Source of the DNA: Thermofilum pendens Hrk 5 | GTDB lineage: Archaea > Thermoproteota > Thermoprotei > Thermofilales > Thermofilaceae | Direction: 5' to 3' | NCBI RefSeq assembly: GCF_000015225.1 | Contig: NC_008698.1 | Location: forward strand, 300,001-332,000 | Length of the DNA stretch: 32,000 bases | Shown here: positions 21,872 to 30,485 of the stretch, piece after piece | Numbering within the stretch: position 1 is the stretch's first letter | Layout: each line of letters begins with the position of its first letter | Translations under genes and position numbers: made by a program | Notes under the pieces: generated by a model | What the model was told of the DNA's origin: nothing | What the model saw: only the letters and a program-made list of their open reading frames with translations | Database searches by the model: none

Positions 21872-22231
21872 ATGGCGAGATTGATGCGCGGCGTGGTTAG
21901 GAGTGTTGGGAGGCTTGGCTACGCTTTGGTTGAGAGAGTTGGGATTGCTGGGGATGGGGTTGAGGTGGAGGTTGAGATTCCTGTTAGGGTTTTGCGGGAG
22001 GCTGGGTTGGGCTTGAGGGAGGGGGTTGAGGTGGTGTTCGAGGTTGCCAGGGAGGCTGGCTCTATCGACGAGTGGAGTGTAGTGATGCAGGGGGAGGTGT
22101 ACTTGAAGAAGGAGGGTGAAAGCGCGGTCTACGCATCCCTCGGAGGCCTACAACTAGTAGTGAAGTCGCCGAAAATCTACAACGAGTTCAACGTAGGCGA
22201 CAAAGTATACTTCAAGCTAGCCCCCGCATAA
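21872..22231 (+). CDS. rpo8: RNA polymerase subunit Rpo8 (RpoG)-like protein
   Basis: The track ORF 21665..22231 was trimmed because its 5' part is the tRNA-Leu gene. In-frame ATGs lie at 21872 and 21884, downstream of TATTTAAG (21854-61). The C-terminal AVYASLGGLQLVVKSPKIYNEFNVGDKVYFKL resembles my recollection of Sulfolobus RpoG (ISLFGLLVKI...DHVYFCVKK) and eukaryotic Rpb8 (SFGGLLMRL). It also sits near rpoF. Confidence 0.55.
   Translation: MARLMRGVVRSVGRLGYALVERVGIAGDGVEVEVEIPVRVLREAGLGLREGVEVVFEVAREAGSIDEWSVVMQGEVYLKKEGESAVYASLGGLQLVVKSPKIYNEFNVGDKVYFKLAPA
21956..22059 (+). repeat. Imperfect internal direct repeat inside the rpo8-like gene
   Basis: GGGGTTGAGGTGG occurs at 21956-21968 and again at 22022-22034. 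Each copy ends in GGGAGGCTGG (21996-22005 and 22050-22059). The copies encode GVEVEVEIPVRVLREAG and GVEVVFEVAREAG. Confidence 0.7.
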
Positions 22232-22251
22232 ACACGCGAGGTTGAGCTACA

Positions 22252-22527
22252 ATGCCCGGGGTATCCGTAGAGAAGATTCTGGAGTGGGCTCGCAATACTA
22301 ACTCCACCGTGGAGTTCTTCTTTGAAAACTCTCCATACAGGATACGGATAGACAAGCTCATACGGGCGGTAGATCCCTCCGGGAACATAGTTCCATGGAC
22401 CCGCGCTTTCGGAGTAAAAAAGCCAGCCGACGTTCTAGCTACGTTCCACGTGAAGAAGATCGTCGTAAAGAAAGAGGGAGAAGAGAAAGAGTTGAGGAGC
22501 TTGGAGGAGCTTTCAACGCTCGTTTAA
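22252..22527 (+). CDS. Hypothetical 91-aa protein between rpo8-like and rpoF genes
   Basis: ORF only, with an ATG 20 nt after the rpo8-like stop. The basic core (FGVKKPADVLATFHVKKIVVKKEGEEKE) contains no motif I recognise. Confidence 0.45.
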   Translation: MPGVSVEKILEWARNTNSTVEFFFENSPYRIRIDKLIRAVDPSGNIVPWTRAFGVKKPADVLATFHVKKIVVKKEGEEKELRSLEELSTLV

Positions 22528-22615
22528 GCCTTCACACCCAAAGCGTCCACTCCCCCTACGCGCAAACAATACGCGATAAAAACATTTAATAATTTAGAAA
22601 AAGAACATTCAATGG

Positions 22616-22957
22616 GTGCCTATCTTGCCGCGAGTGATTTCCGAGAAAAACTTGACCTACGCAGAGGCGTTAGAAATACTGTTGAAAGAGGAGTCTTCTA
22701 GAGAGCTTACCAGCATAGAAAGGTACACCCTGGAGTACCTAAGAAAGTTCTCGAAAGTTCGCGATGCGCAAACAGCGAGAAGCCTCGTAGAGAGGCTCAT
22801 GAAGGAGTTTGACATACCGGAAGACGTCGCAGTTCAAATAGTAAACGTGAAGCCCGCAGACCCTCAGGAGGCCAAGATTTTTGTTTCGCATTTGAACAAA
22901 GTGTTTACGGATAAAGACTTTGCGAGGATAATAGAGATTCTCTCGTCCTCAGAGTAG
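22616..22957 (+). CDS. rpoF: DNA-directed RNA polymerase subunit F (Rpo4/Rpb4 homologue)
   Basis: 113 aa. LTYAEALEILLKEE...YTLEYLRKFSKVRDAQTARSLVERLMKEFDIPEDVAVQIVNVKPADPQEAKIF parallels the M. jannaschii RpoF pattern (ITIAEAKELLE...FAKLKPEQARELKEKLM...A.K.V.I.P.D). Followed by the usual DUF655 neighbour. GTG start. Confidence 0.75.
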   Translation: MPILPRVISEKNLTYAEALEILLKEESSRELTSIERYTLEYLRKFSKVRDAQTARSLVERLMKEFDIPEDVAVQIVNVKPADPQEAKIFVSHLNKVFTDKDFARIIEILSSSE

Positions 22958-22983
22958 AAGAACCATTAAGGGAGGGATGAAGA

Positions 22984-23613
22984 TTGTTCCGAGGAGATTA
23001 TCAAAGAAAGCCCTACAGACCTCTGGACGAGAACCTAGTCGTACTCGATATGCTTCCATACGGCGACGCAGTTAGAGGTATAAAGTACCCTCTTGTTCAG
23101 ACTATAGGAGAGTATAGGTTTCTACTCGTAGAGCTGAAGTCTACAACCCCCCAGGCACCGTCCCTCAAGCCCCTTGACAGGATTTCATCGGAGTACCTGC
23201 GCGAAGCTAGGTTGCTTTCCTTCGCCAGGTATCTGACGTACGACGAGCTTTCTGCGACTGCAAAGGCGAACCTGGTAGAAGCAGTGACGGCCATAGTGAA
23301 GGTTCAGGAGAAAAGGTTCGTAGACTTTTTTAACAATGCTCAGCCGTTGTCGAAGAAGGCGCACACGCTAGAGCTCCTCAAAGGTATAGGTAAAAGGACG
23401 CTGTGGAAGATACTCGATGAGAGGCGGAGAAAGCCCTTCGAGTCCTTCGAGGATATAAAGGCGAGAGCTGATATAGACCCTGTCGAGCTGATAGTAGAAA
23501 GGATACTCGAAGAGCTTAAAGAGCCTCAAACAATTTATATCTTCGTAAACCCGCCTTACGGACCCGTAGCTAGAAGTGGTAGAAGGGAGGGGTTCCGTGA
23601 GTACAGGTACTAG
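22984..23613 (+). CDS. DUF655/COG1491-type predicted nucleic-acid-binding protein (OB-like N-terminus plus HhH C-terminus)
   Basis: The N-terminal VVLDMLPYGD...IGEYRFLLVEL pattern and the C-terminal LELLKGIGKRTLWKILDERRRKPFESFEDIKAR (helix-hairpin-helix-like) fit this family. It conventionally follows rpoF. TTG start with GGAGGG 7-8 nt upstream. Confidence 0.65.
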   Translation: MFRGDYQRKPYRPLDENLVVLDMLPYGDAVRGIKYPLVQTIGEYRFLLVELKSTTPQAPSLKPLDRISSEYLREARLLSFARYLTYDELSATAKANLVEAVTAIVKVQEKRFVDFFNNAQPLSKKAHTLELLKGIGKRTLWKILDERRRKPFESFEDIKARADIDPVELIVERILEELKEPQTIYIFVNPPYGPVARSGRREGFREYRY

Positions 23614-24931
23614 CGCCAGCTACAAGAGGGATAATGCTTTCTACGCGCTAGACAAGGTAGAGAGGATACTACTGGACGGGTACTCTCTATGCGACGCCTG
23701 CACGGGTAGGCTTTTCGGTCTGAGAGGCTACGGGCTCTCGAACACCGAAAGAGGACGTGCCCTCAAGACACTCCTGATCATGAAGGCTTTTCAGGCTTCT
23801 CCTAGGCAGGCAGACCTGGAACTCTTACGTGTACTGGCAAGGACGGGGTTCGAGCCCGCCCGGGAACTCTTAAAAAAGCTTTCAGGAGAAGATGTAGAAG
23901 TCAAGGCGTGTAGTATTTGCGAGGGGCTCACGGGCAGGTACTACGAGCTTGCGCTAAGAGCTGTCGAAGAGGCGAAAAGCTACGAGTTTAACACGTTCGA
24001 GGTAGGCGTAAGGATCGACGCCGAGGTGATTCGCCGGGAGGAAGAGCTCTGGCGCAGGTACGGCCTGGAGAGCGCGGAGAGCATACGGAACGAGGCGAGC
24101 AGGGAAGTAGGGAAAATAATCTCTAAGCTGACCGGGAAGGAGTATTCTAGGAACAATAGCGAGTTGCTGATAATAGTCGACTTGTCGGCGGGCGCAATAG
24201 AGCTTCACCCGGCCCCCGTGTTCGTGTACGGTAGGTATAGGAAGTACGCGAGAGGGCTACCCCAAAACCCCTGGCCGCAACCCGACGAGAGGATAAAGTT
24301 CAACACAAGTATAGAGGAGCTGATAGTTAAACCCGCACTTGAACTATTCGAGGCCGAGAAAGCGAAGTTCCACGCCGCCGGGAGAGAGGATATAGACGTG
24401 CGCACGCTTGGAACTGGAAGACCCTTCGTACTTGAGATAAAGAAGCCGCGTAAGCGAAACATTGACCTAAAGGTTCTCGCAGAGAAGATAAACTCGGGTG
24501 CAGGGGGGTTAATAGAGGTTCTGGACCTCGCGTACACCGACCGGAAAACGATAAAGAAGCTGAAGAGCCTGGCATCAATAGCTAAGAAAGCCTACGTAGC
24601 CAGGGTAAAGTTCGAGAAACCTGTCGACGACGAGAAACTTGCAGAGATCTCTAAGGTTTTCTCCAACGCAGTTATTAACCAGCGTACGCCTACGAGGGTT
24701 CTCCACCGCCGCGTAGACAAGCTTAGGAAGAAGATTGTCTACAGGTTGGAGGCGAGAAAAATCTCCCAAGACGAGGTAGAGTTCTACCTAGAAACTCAGG
24801 GAGGCTTTTACGTGAAGGAGTTCATACACGGCGATAACGGGAGGACTACTCCGAGTATAGCGGAGTTCCTTGGAAACAACGTCCTAAGCATAGAGCTCGA
24901 CGTAGTCAGTATAGAAGAAACTGCGGCCTAG
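23576..24931 (+). CDS. pus10: tRNA pseudouridine(54/55) synthase Pus10
   Basis: N-terminal zinc motif (CDACTGRLFG ... CSICEG), a THUMP-like middle region, and a C-terminal catalytic-domain pattern (GREDIDVRTLGTGRPFVLEI, QRTPTRVLHRR, GGFYVKEFIHGDNGRTTPS). The start is ambiguous: GTG at 23576 or GTG at 23597, both overlapping the DUF655 gene. Confidence 0.75.
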   Translation: MVEGRGSVSTGTSASYKRDNAFYALDKVERILLDGYSLCDACTGRLFGLRGYGLSNTERGRALKTLLIMKAFQASPRQADLELLRVLARTGFEPARELLKKLSGEDVEVKACSICEGLTGRYYELALRAVEEAKSYEFNTFEVGVRIDAEVIRREEELWRRYGLESAESIRNEASREVGKIISKLTGKEYSRNNSELLIIVDLSAGAIELHPAPVFVYGRYRKYARGLPQNPWPQPDERIKFNTSIEELIVKPALELFEAEKAKFHAAGREDIDVRTLGTGRPFVLEIKKPRKRNIDLKVLAEKINSGAGGLIEVLDLAYTDRKTIKKLKSLASIAKKAYVARVKFEKPVDDEKLAEISKVFSNAVINQRTPTRVLHRRVDKLRKKIVYRLEARKISQDEVEFYLETQGGFYVKEFIHGDNGRTTPSIAEFLGNNVLSIELDVVSIEETAA

Positions 24932-24945
24932 AATTCGCTAACATT

Positions 24946-25254
24946 CTACGCGGACTGCTGGGGAGTAGTCAACGGCTTAATGTGCTCCTTCGTCGTGATT
25001 ATCTTTTTCACCTTGCTCCCGAGGACTACCTCGATAACGTAGGCCCGGCCCCTCTTCTCAACTACGCGGCCTACCCTTCCCTGATAGCGCCTGTGCGGCG
25101 CAGTCTCTATGAACGTGGGGTCAATGTCTATTACTACTCTGTCTCCAGGGTTGTACTCGTACATTAGCCTGCTAAGACCCCCGTAACCCCTTCTCCGCGG
25201 ATGCTTGCGCAACAGCTTTCTGCCTCTGTTCCGGTACCCATGCGAATGCCGCAT
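24946..25254 (-). CDS. rpl21e: 50S ribosomal protein L21e
   Basis: MRHSHGYRNRGRKLLRKHPRRRG...FNPGDRVVIDIDP...HRRYQGRVGRVV is the conserved L21e sequence. 102 aa. Confidence 0.9.
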   Translation of the reverse strand: MRHSHGYRNRGRKLLRKHPRRRGYGGLSRLMYEYNPGDRVVIDIDPTFIETAPHRRYQGRVGRVVEKRGRAYVIEVVLGSKVKKIITTKEHIKPLTTPQQSA

Positions 25255-25357
25255 AGTACTGCACCCCTACCAGTCCCACATTCACGCATTTTAAAGCTTT
25301 ACGCACACGAGCGAATTTAATATAAGACTTAACTAGCTCTTTTCCCCGCGCGTACTT

Positions 25358-26989
25358 ATGGTTTGGAGTGAAGTATTTGAGATAAAGGAGGTAGACCTGC
25401 TCGGCAGGATAGGTAGCATCTCCACGCGTAGAGGAAACGTTGAAACCCCGACCTTGACACCGGTCATCAACCCCTCCAAGCCAGTACTCGAACCCCGAGA
25501 AATACAGCAAATGGGCTTTAACCTTATAATGACTAATAGCTACATCATAAAGCGTCAGTACGGGGACTTAGCAAAAGAGGTTAAGGTACACCAATTGCTC
25601 GGCGTCGACACACCGGTAATGACGGATTCCGGTGCGTACCAGCTCATGGTTTACGGGCGCGTAGAGGTAGACCCGCTGGAGATAGTCAGGTTCCAAGTAG
25701 AGATAGGGTCAGACATCGGGGTCATACTCGACATACCCACGAAGAAGGGTGTTCCACGGGGACAAGTTCTCGCGGAGGTCGAGGAGACGCTGAGGAGAGC
25801 CGAGGCATCCTTAGCCGTGGAGAGGGACGGGATGCTTCTCGTAGGACCCGTGCAGGGAGGCTTGTACACGGACATTGTGGCCACCGCCGCTCGGAGGCTC
25901 GGGGAAATGCCGTTCGATGTCTACGCGGTTGGAGGCCCTACACAACTAATGGAAGAGTACGACTTCTCGGAGCTTGTGAAGCTAGTTATGACGGCTAGAC
26001 TAAACCTCCCATGGGAGGCCCCACTCCATTTGTTCGGCGCCGGTCATCCAGTGATGCTCCCGCTAGCCGTGGCGATGGGCGTAGATACTTTCGACTCAGC
26101 TTCATACGTGCTTTATGCTCGTGACGACAGAGTGTTCACTTCTAGGGGTACGTTGAGGCTCGGAGAGGTAGAGGAGCTACCCTGTAACTGTCCCGTTTGC
26201 TCGAAGTATTCCGCGAGAGAGCTAAGAGAGCTACCGAAGCAGGAAAGAGTGGTTCTGCTGGCGCGCCACAACCTCTACGTTATCCAAAAAGAACTTAAGG
26301 AAATTCGCGAAGCCATACACGAGGGACGGCTATGGGAGCTTCTCGAGGAAAGATCAATGACGCACCCATCCCTTAGAGATGCTCTCAGAGTCTTCGCCCG
26401 GTACGCTGAGTACATCGCTAAGAGGCACCCCGTAACAAGGTCGCCGGTACAAGGCTTGTTCTTCTACAGCGGGCTCAGCCGGTATAGGCCCGAGGTTGTT
26501 AGGCATGTAAACAGGCTTGCTCAAAGGTACAAGAGGGCGAGAGACACGCTCGTAGTGTTCGAAGAGACACCTCAAAAACCCTTTACTCGCGCCGGGCTCG
26601 TGAAGGAGATCTTAGGAGCAGACCCGATGCTCCCAGTGGATGTCGACGTCGCTGTACTTTCGGGAGCTTTCTCTGTCATACCGCTAGAGCTGGATGGCTT
26701 TTACCCGTTATCGCAGTACGAGGCTAGTGGAGAGGTATTCAGAGAGGCGGTGGACGAAGTGCTCGCCGACTTAGCGTGGTTCGTTTTAAGCAAGGGTTAC
26801 AGGCGTGTAGTGCTGGTCTACCACTCGTTGCCCAAAGTATTCCTGGATAAGTTGAAAGAAAGACTATCCTTGGAAGGCGTGCTTCTGGCTTACGTTGAGG
26901 TTGAGAACTACGACGAGGCCCTTTTAAACCCATCCGCTGTTGCAGGAAGGATAAGGAGCATGATCTCCTTCCTCGAGTCTATCGCATAG
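25358..26989 (+). CDS. tgtA: Archaeosine tRNA-guanine(15) transglycosylase (ArcTGT)
   Basis: N-terminal FEIKEVDLLGRIGSISTRRGNVETPTLTPVINP, catalytic MTDSGAYQ, and zinc site CNCPVCSKY...LARHNLY. 543 aa. Confidence 0.85.
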   Translation: MVWSEVFEIKEVDLLGRIGSISTRRGNVETPTLTPVINPSKPVLEPREIQQMGFNLIMTNSYIIKRQYGDLAKEVKVHQLLGVDTPVMTDSGAYQLMVYGRVEVDPLEIVRFQVEIGSDIGVILDIPTKKGVPRGQVLAEVEETLRRAEASLAVERDGMLLVGPVQGGLYTDIVATAARRLGEMPFDVYAVGGPTQLMEEYDFSELVKLVMTARLNLPWEAPLHLFGAGHPVMLPLAVAMGVDTFDSASYVLYARDDRVFTSRGTLRLGEVEELPCNCPVCSKYSARELRELPKQERVVLLARHNLYVIQKELKEIREAIHEGRLWELLEERSMTHPSLRDALRVFARYAEYIAKRHPVTRSPVQGLFFYSGLSRYRPEVVRHVNRLAQRYKRARDTLVVFEETPQKPFTRAGLVKEILGADPMLPVDVDVAVLSGAFSVIPLELDGFYPLSQYEASGEVFREAVDEVLADLAWFVLSKGYRRVVLVYHSLPKVFLDKLKERLSLEGVLLAYVEVENYDEALLNPSAVAGRIRSMISFLESIA

Positions 26990-27004
26990 GCACCCGTCTA
27001 CGCG

Positions 27005-27748
27005 TTACACATGATACATCGGCGGTTCTCTCTCCCTCATTGCCTCCTTTATCTTCTTCTCAACCTCCGCTACCTCCTTCTCAAGCCGCTCACCCTGCTC
27101 CAACAGCTCTTCGACACTTATCCTGACGCCCGTAATCTCCTGGAAGACCTTTATCGCCTCTGCCGCCGCGCGAGGATCGGGCCTGTCTGCCGCGGCGTAG
27201 GGAAGTATGGCGACTGCCGGCACATTATTCGCTTCAAATACAGAAAGAAGTATAGCCAGTGGACCAACGATCCCTAGGTGCTCCTCAAGTACCGGGTAGC
27301 CCTTCTCCTTGATCAGGTCTTCTTTCGATAGGAGGAAAGCCCTCGTGGGGGCTATCCTTGGCTTCGCGTCCGGCTCTTTGTAGGACGCGTCTAGCCCGCC
27401 GAAAAGAACAGAAAGCTTCACGCCGAGGGTTATTGAAAGTTCGGCTAGTGCTTCTGGGACGGAGATAAAGTCTTTGGGAGATACTGGAACGTTCGGTAGG
27501 AAGATGAGCATACCTTGCGAGAAGTAAAGCTCGTAAGGAGTTCGGATACCGCTTCTAACGTTCACGAAGGGAGGCATGTACTGTGTAAACAGGTATCCAA
27601 CTCTTTGAGCCTCGAGTTTCTCGACTACGTGCTTTACTGCTATCCACCCCACATGCCCTACTCCATGGAAGCCCGCCAGGAAAGTCTCTGGGTGTACGTC
27701 CTCGGAGAGAACGACTCGCACTTTCCCGTATTTCAGTTCTCTAGTCAC
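27005..27748 (-). CDS. PAC2-family (proteasome assembly chaperone-like, COG1938) protein
   Basis: FLAGFHGVGHVGWIAVKHVVEKL matches the PAC2 N-terminal G-F-x-G-x-G-x-V-G pattern. C-terminal coiled coil. GTG start with GTTTAACAG on the minus strand ~28 nt upstream. Confidence 0.55.
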   Translation of the reverse strand: MTRELKYGKVRVVLSEDVHPETFLAGFHGVGHVGWIAVKHVVEKLEAQRVGYLFTQYMPPFVNVRSGIRTPYELYFSQGMLIFLPNVPVSPKDFISVPEALAELSITLGVKLSVLFGGLDASYKEPDAKPRIAPTRAFLLSKEDLIKEKGYPVLEEHLGIVGPLAILLSVFEANNVPAVAILPYAAADRPDPRAAAEAIKVFQEITGVRISVEELLEQGERLEKEVAEVEKKIKEAMREREPPMYHV

Positions 27749-27852
27749 AAGAGTGAGAGAAAGAAAAATGTACTGTTAAACCTTTCGCGCGCGCGATAAG
27801 AGTTTGTCGCTTCGGGGATCGCTCATGCTTTATTCCCGACATGCGTACACGA

Positions 27853-27868
27853 AAAATTAAAATATTTA
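27853..27868 (+). promoter_or_regulatory. AT-rich TATA region upstream of the S8e-SRP19 pair, followed by a Shine-Dalgarno-like GGAGGT
   Basis: AAAATTAAAATATTTA about 35-45 nt upstream of the ATG at 27900. GGAGGT (27879-84) and GAGGATCA (27891-98) lie in between. Confidence 0.45.
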
Positions 27869-27899
27869 CTACAAGGGTGGAGGTCGGGTTGAGGATCAT

Positions 27900-28286
27900 A
27901 TGGGCATTTACCACGGCAATGACCTGAGGAAAATAACCGGCGGGATTAAGGGTAGACATGTAAAGACTAAGCGCAAATACCTCTCTGGGCGCTACCCGAT
28001 ACTCACCGTTCCCGGGCAGGCAACAGAAGTTAAGGTCGTCAAAGCGCGAGGTAATACGTACAAGTTAAAGGTGAAGGTTGCCAGCGAGGTGAACGTTTAC
28101 ATCCCAAAGGAGGGAAAGACTGTGAGAGCGCAAATAATCAAGGTGCTGGACAACCCGTCTAACAAGGACTTCGCAAGGAGAGGGATAATCTCTAAAGGCG
28201 CAATACTGCAAACGAGCGTTGGCAAGGTAAAAGTCACTTCTCGACCAGGCCAGGACGGCGTGGTTAACGGCGTTCTCGTTGAGTAA
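27900..28286 (+). CDS. rps8e: 30S ribosomal protein S8e
   Basis: MGIYHGNDLRKITGGIKGRHVKTKRKY... and a C-terminal GAILQTSVGKVKVTSRPGQDGVVNGVLV are typical of S8e. Confidence 0.9.
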   Translation: MGIYHGNDLRKITGGIKGRHVKTKRKYLSGRYPILTVPGQATEVKVVKARGNTYKLKVKVASEVNVYIPKEGKTVRAQIIKVLDNPSNKDFARRGIISKGAILQTSVGKVKVTSRPGQDGVVNGVLVE

Positions 28287-28288
28287 CA

Positions 28289-28594
28289 ATGCTGAAAAAG
28301 AACGGCTTCATAGTCTGGCCCGTGTACTTTGATTCTACGAAGCCCAGAAAGTGGCGAAGAGTCCCGAGGAAACTAGCCGTTGAGAAGCCTACGCTAAGCG
28401 AGATCGTCGAAGCCGTAAAGAGGGAGGGATTCTCCTTTACGGTCGAAGAAAACGCCAAGCACCCAGCGTACTGGTATGAGGTTCAGGGACGCGTAATAGT
28501 TCAGGCAAACGTTAAGAAGAGCGTTCTGCTGAAGAAGATAGCGGAGAACCTCCAGAAAATACGCGCAGAGCAAAGCTCTAAGAGGAGGAGATGA
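28289..28594 (+). CDS. srp19: Signal recognition particle protein SRP19
   Basis: FIVWPVYFDSTKPRKWRRVPRKLAVEKPTLSEIVEAVKREGF is the conserved SRP19 N-terminal pattern. Starts 2 nt after the S8e stop. Confidence 0.85.
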   Translation: MLKKNGFIVWPVYFDSTKPRKWRRVPRKLAVEKPTLSEIVEAVKREGFSFTVEENAKHPAYWYEVQGRVIVQANVKKSVLLKKIAENLQKIRAEQSSKRRR

Positions 28595-30485
28595 AGCTCT
28601 CTAGTTCTTCCTTCAATACTTTGGCTACAACGGAGCCGTCTATTCTCCCTCGAACCTTATCCATCACGACTCCCATGAGCTTCCCGAAGGCTTTTTCACG
28701 CTTCTGGAGCACATAGTCTTTATTCTCCGCTATCACCTCCCTTATCATCGCCCTTAACCGGTCAACGTCTATTCTCTCGATACCTATTCGCCTCAGCACA
28801 TTCTCTAGTTGCTCTTCGGGGTTAAGTGCAAGCTCTCTTAGAACATCGGGTATAGCCTCCTTAGCTATGCTACCCTCGGCTACCATCCTGAATACTTCGA
28901 GCAAACGCTCCTCTGATAGGTTTTCAACTGGAACGTTTTCTCTGCGAAGGCTAACAAGGGTGTTTACCAGTGTAGTCGCAACTACCTGTGGGCTTGCCCC
29001 CGTCTTTTTAACCGCCTCCTCGAAGAAATACATTCGTTGCATGTTGAACAACTGGAAGGCAACTTCCCTTGAGAGAGAGTACTCCCTCATAACCCTTTCA
29101 AGAGTCTTCTCCGGCGGCTCCGGTAGCTCCTGCCTCAACTTCTCCAAGTACTCTCGGGTGACCCTTATAGGCCTAATGTCCGTTTCTGGGTACATCCTCG
29201 CACTTCCAGGCCTAGGCCTCATGAACCTAGTTGTCCCGTCGGGATTAGCGGCACGGGTCTCCGGAGGAACCCCCTCTAGTGCTTCCAGAGCTCTCTCGTA
29301 AGCCGCCCTAAGACCTCTCAGCGCCTTCTCGGGCTCGTCGAATATCAGGATAAAGGCGTCGCCTTGCTCCACGCCGAGAGCTTGTTTGACAGCTTCAACC
29401 TCCTCCTGCGATATGCCGTACGCTGGAAGTTCATCGCTGTGAAAAAGCCCGCCAACCCTGCCCCAGTACTTTGCCCTATCGGAGAGTTCTGTACCCAGGC
29501 GGCGCCCCGGCTGGACTTCTCTCCCAAGAAGCCCCGCGAAGCCTTTCAGTCTAAGTGCTAGCGCTCTTCCACCTGCCTCTAGAGCCTTCCTAGCAACCTT
29601 CGACTTGGTGTTACGGAATATTTCCGTCACGTCTACCGGCTTGAACACGAGGTCGTCGCGTGTCACCCCTCTCCTCTTCAGCTCGTCCCTTATTTCCAGC
29701 AGCGCCAGTTGCCTCTTAACTTCTAGCTCGACAACCTTGGGTATAAGGTCCAGGTACTGTACTCCCTTTATCTCGACCTTGGCTCCTCCTTCAACCGACA
29801 CGTTTAGATCCTGCCTGATAGCCCCCAATTCTCGTTTCACCTTTCCAAGGGATCTCAGCAAGAGCCCTATCCTGAGGGCGACCTCCCTAGCCTCCTCCGG
29901 AGAGGTTATATCGGGCGCCGTAGCGACTTCTATTAGCGGGATCCCCATTCTGTCTAGCCTGTACCTTAAGGCATTTTCCTCGATCACCTCGCCGGTTTTC
30001 CGCGCTGCATCCTCCTCGAGGCAGATGGTCTGTATGCCTACCCGCTTTCCGTTGACCTCTACCGAGCCGCCTATCGCTATCAAGGCCGTGCGCTGGAACC
30101 CGGTGACGTTTGACCCATCTATCACTATTTTTCTCATTACGTGGACTTCGTCTACAACGGAGGCTCCCACCATTAGCGCGAACTTCAGTGCAAGCTCAAG
30201 CGCCTCCCTGTTAAGCTCGTGGGGAGGCTCTTCGTCCATTTCCACCAGGCAGACGTTCTCCCTGTAGCCTTCGTATAAGTACGAGAGGCCCTTCTCGTAC
30301 TCGAACAGCGCTGCCGGGTCTATTTCACCGACCTCGCTTTTAGCGAGGCGCAATCTTCGCCTGAAGGTGAAGTGGGGGTCATCCTTTCTGAGGTAAGTGG
30401 GACACGAGCAGAAGAGCTTCTTCTCGGTGTCAAGCATTTGGTGTATCTCAAGACCACAGCGTACGCGTGGCTCCACGCTTACCAC
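28578..30485 (-). CDS. gatE: Glutamyl-tRNA(Gln) amidotransferase subunit E
   Basis: N-terminal CGLEIHQMLDTEKKLFCSCPT, a GatB/E core and a C-terminal YqeY-like tail. 635 aa. GTG start overlapping the gatD stop. Confidence 0.9.
   Translation of the reverse strand: MVSVEPRVRCGLEIHQMLDTEKKLFCSCPTYLRKDDPHFTFRRRLRLAKSEVGEIDPAALFEYEKGLSYLYEGYRENVCLVEMDEEPPHELNREALELALKFALMVGASVVDEVHVMRKIVIDGSNVTGFQRTALIAIGGSVEVNGKRVGIQTICLEEDAARKTGEVIEENALRYRLDRMGIPLIEVATAPDITSPEEAREVALRIGLLLRSLGKVKRELGAIRQDLNVSVEGGAKVEIKGVQYLDLIPKVVELEVKRQLALLEIRDELKRRGVTRDDLVFKPVDVTEIFRNTKSKVARKALEAGGRALALRLKGFAGLLGREVQPGRRLGTELSDRAKYWGRVGGLFHSDELPAYGISQEEVEAVKQALGVEQGDAFILIFDEPEKALRGLRAAYERALEALEGVPPETRAANPDGTTRFMRPRPGSARMYPETDIRPIRVTREYLEKLRQELPEPPEKTLERVMREYSLSREVAFQLFNMQRMYFFEEAVKKTGASPQVVATTLVNTLVSLRRENVPVENLSEERLLEVFRMVAEGSIAKEAIPDVLRELALNPEEQLENVLRRIGIERIDVDRLRAMIREVIAENKDYVLQKREKAFGKLMGVVMDKVRGRIDGSVVAKVLKEELESFISSS

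Noticed and set aside
29605-30267. 220-aa + strand ORF, very Ser/Thr-rich
   Set aside because: It lies entirely antisense to gatE, whose identity is unambiguous. Its composition is that of an antisense artefact. The same reasoning applies to 28867..29301.
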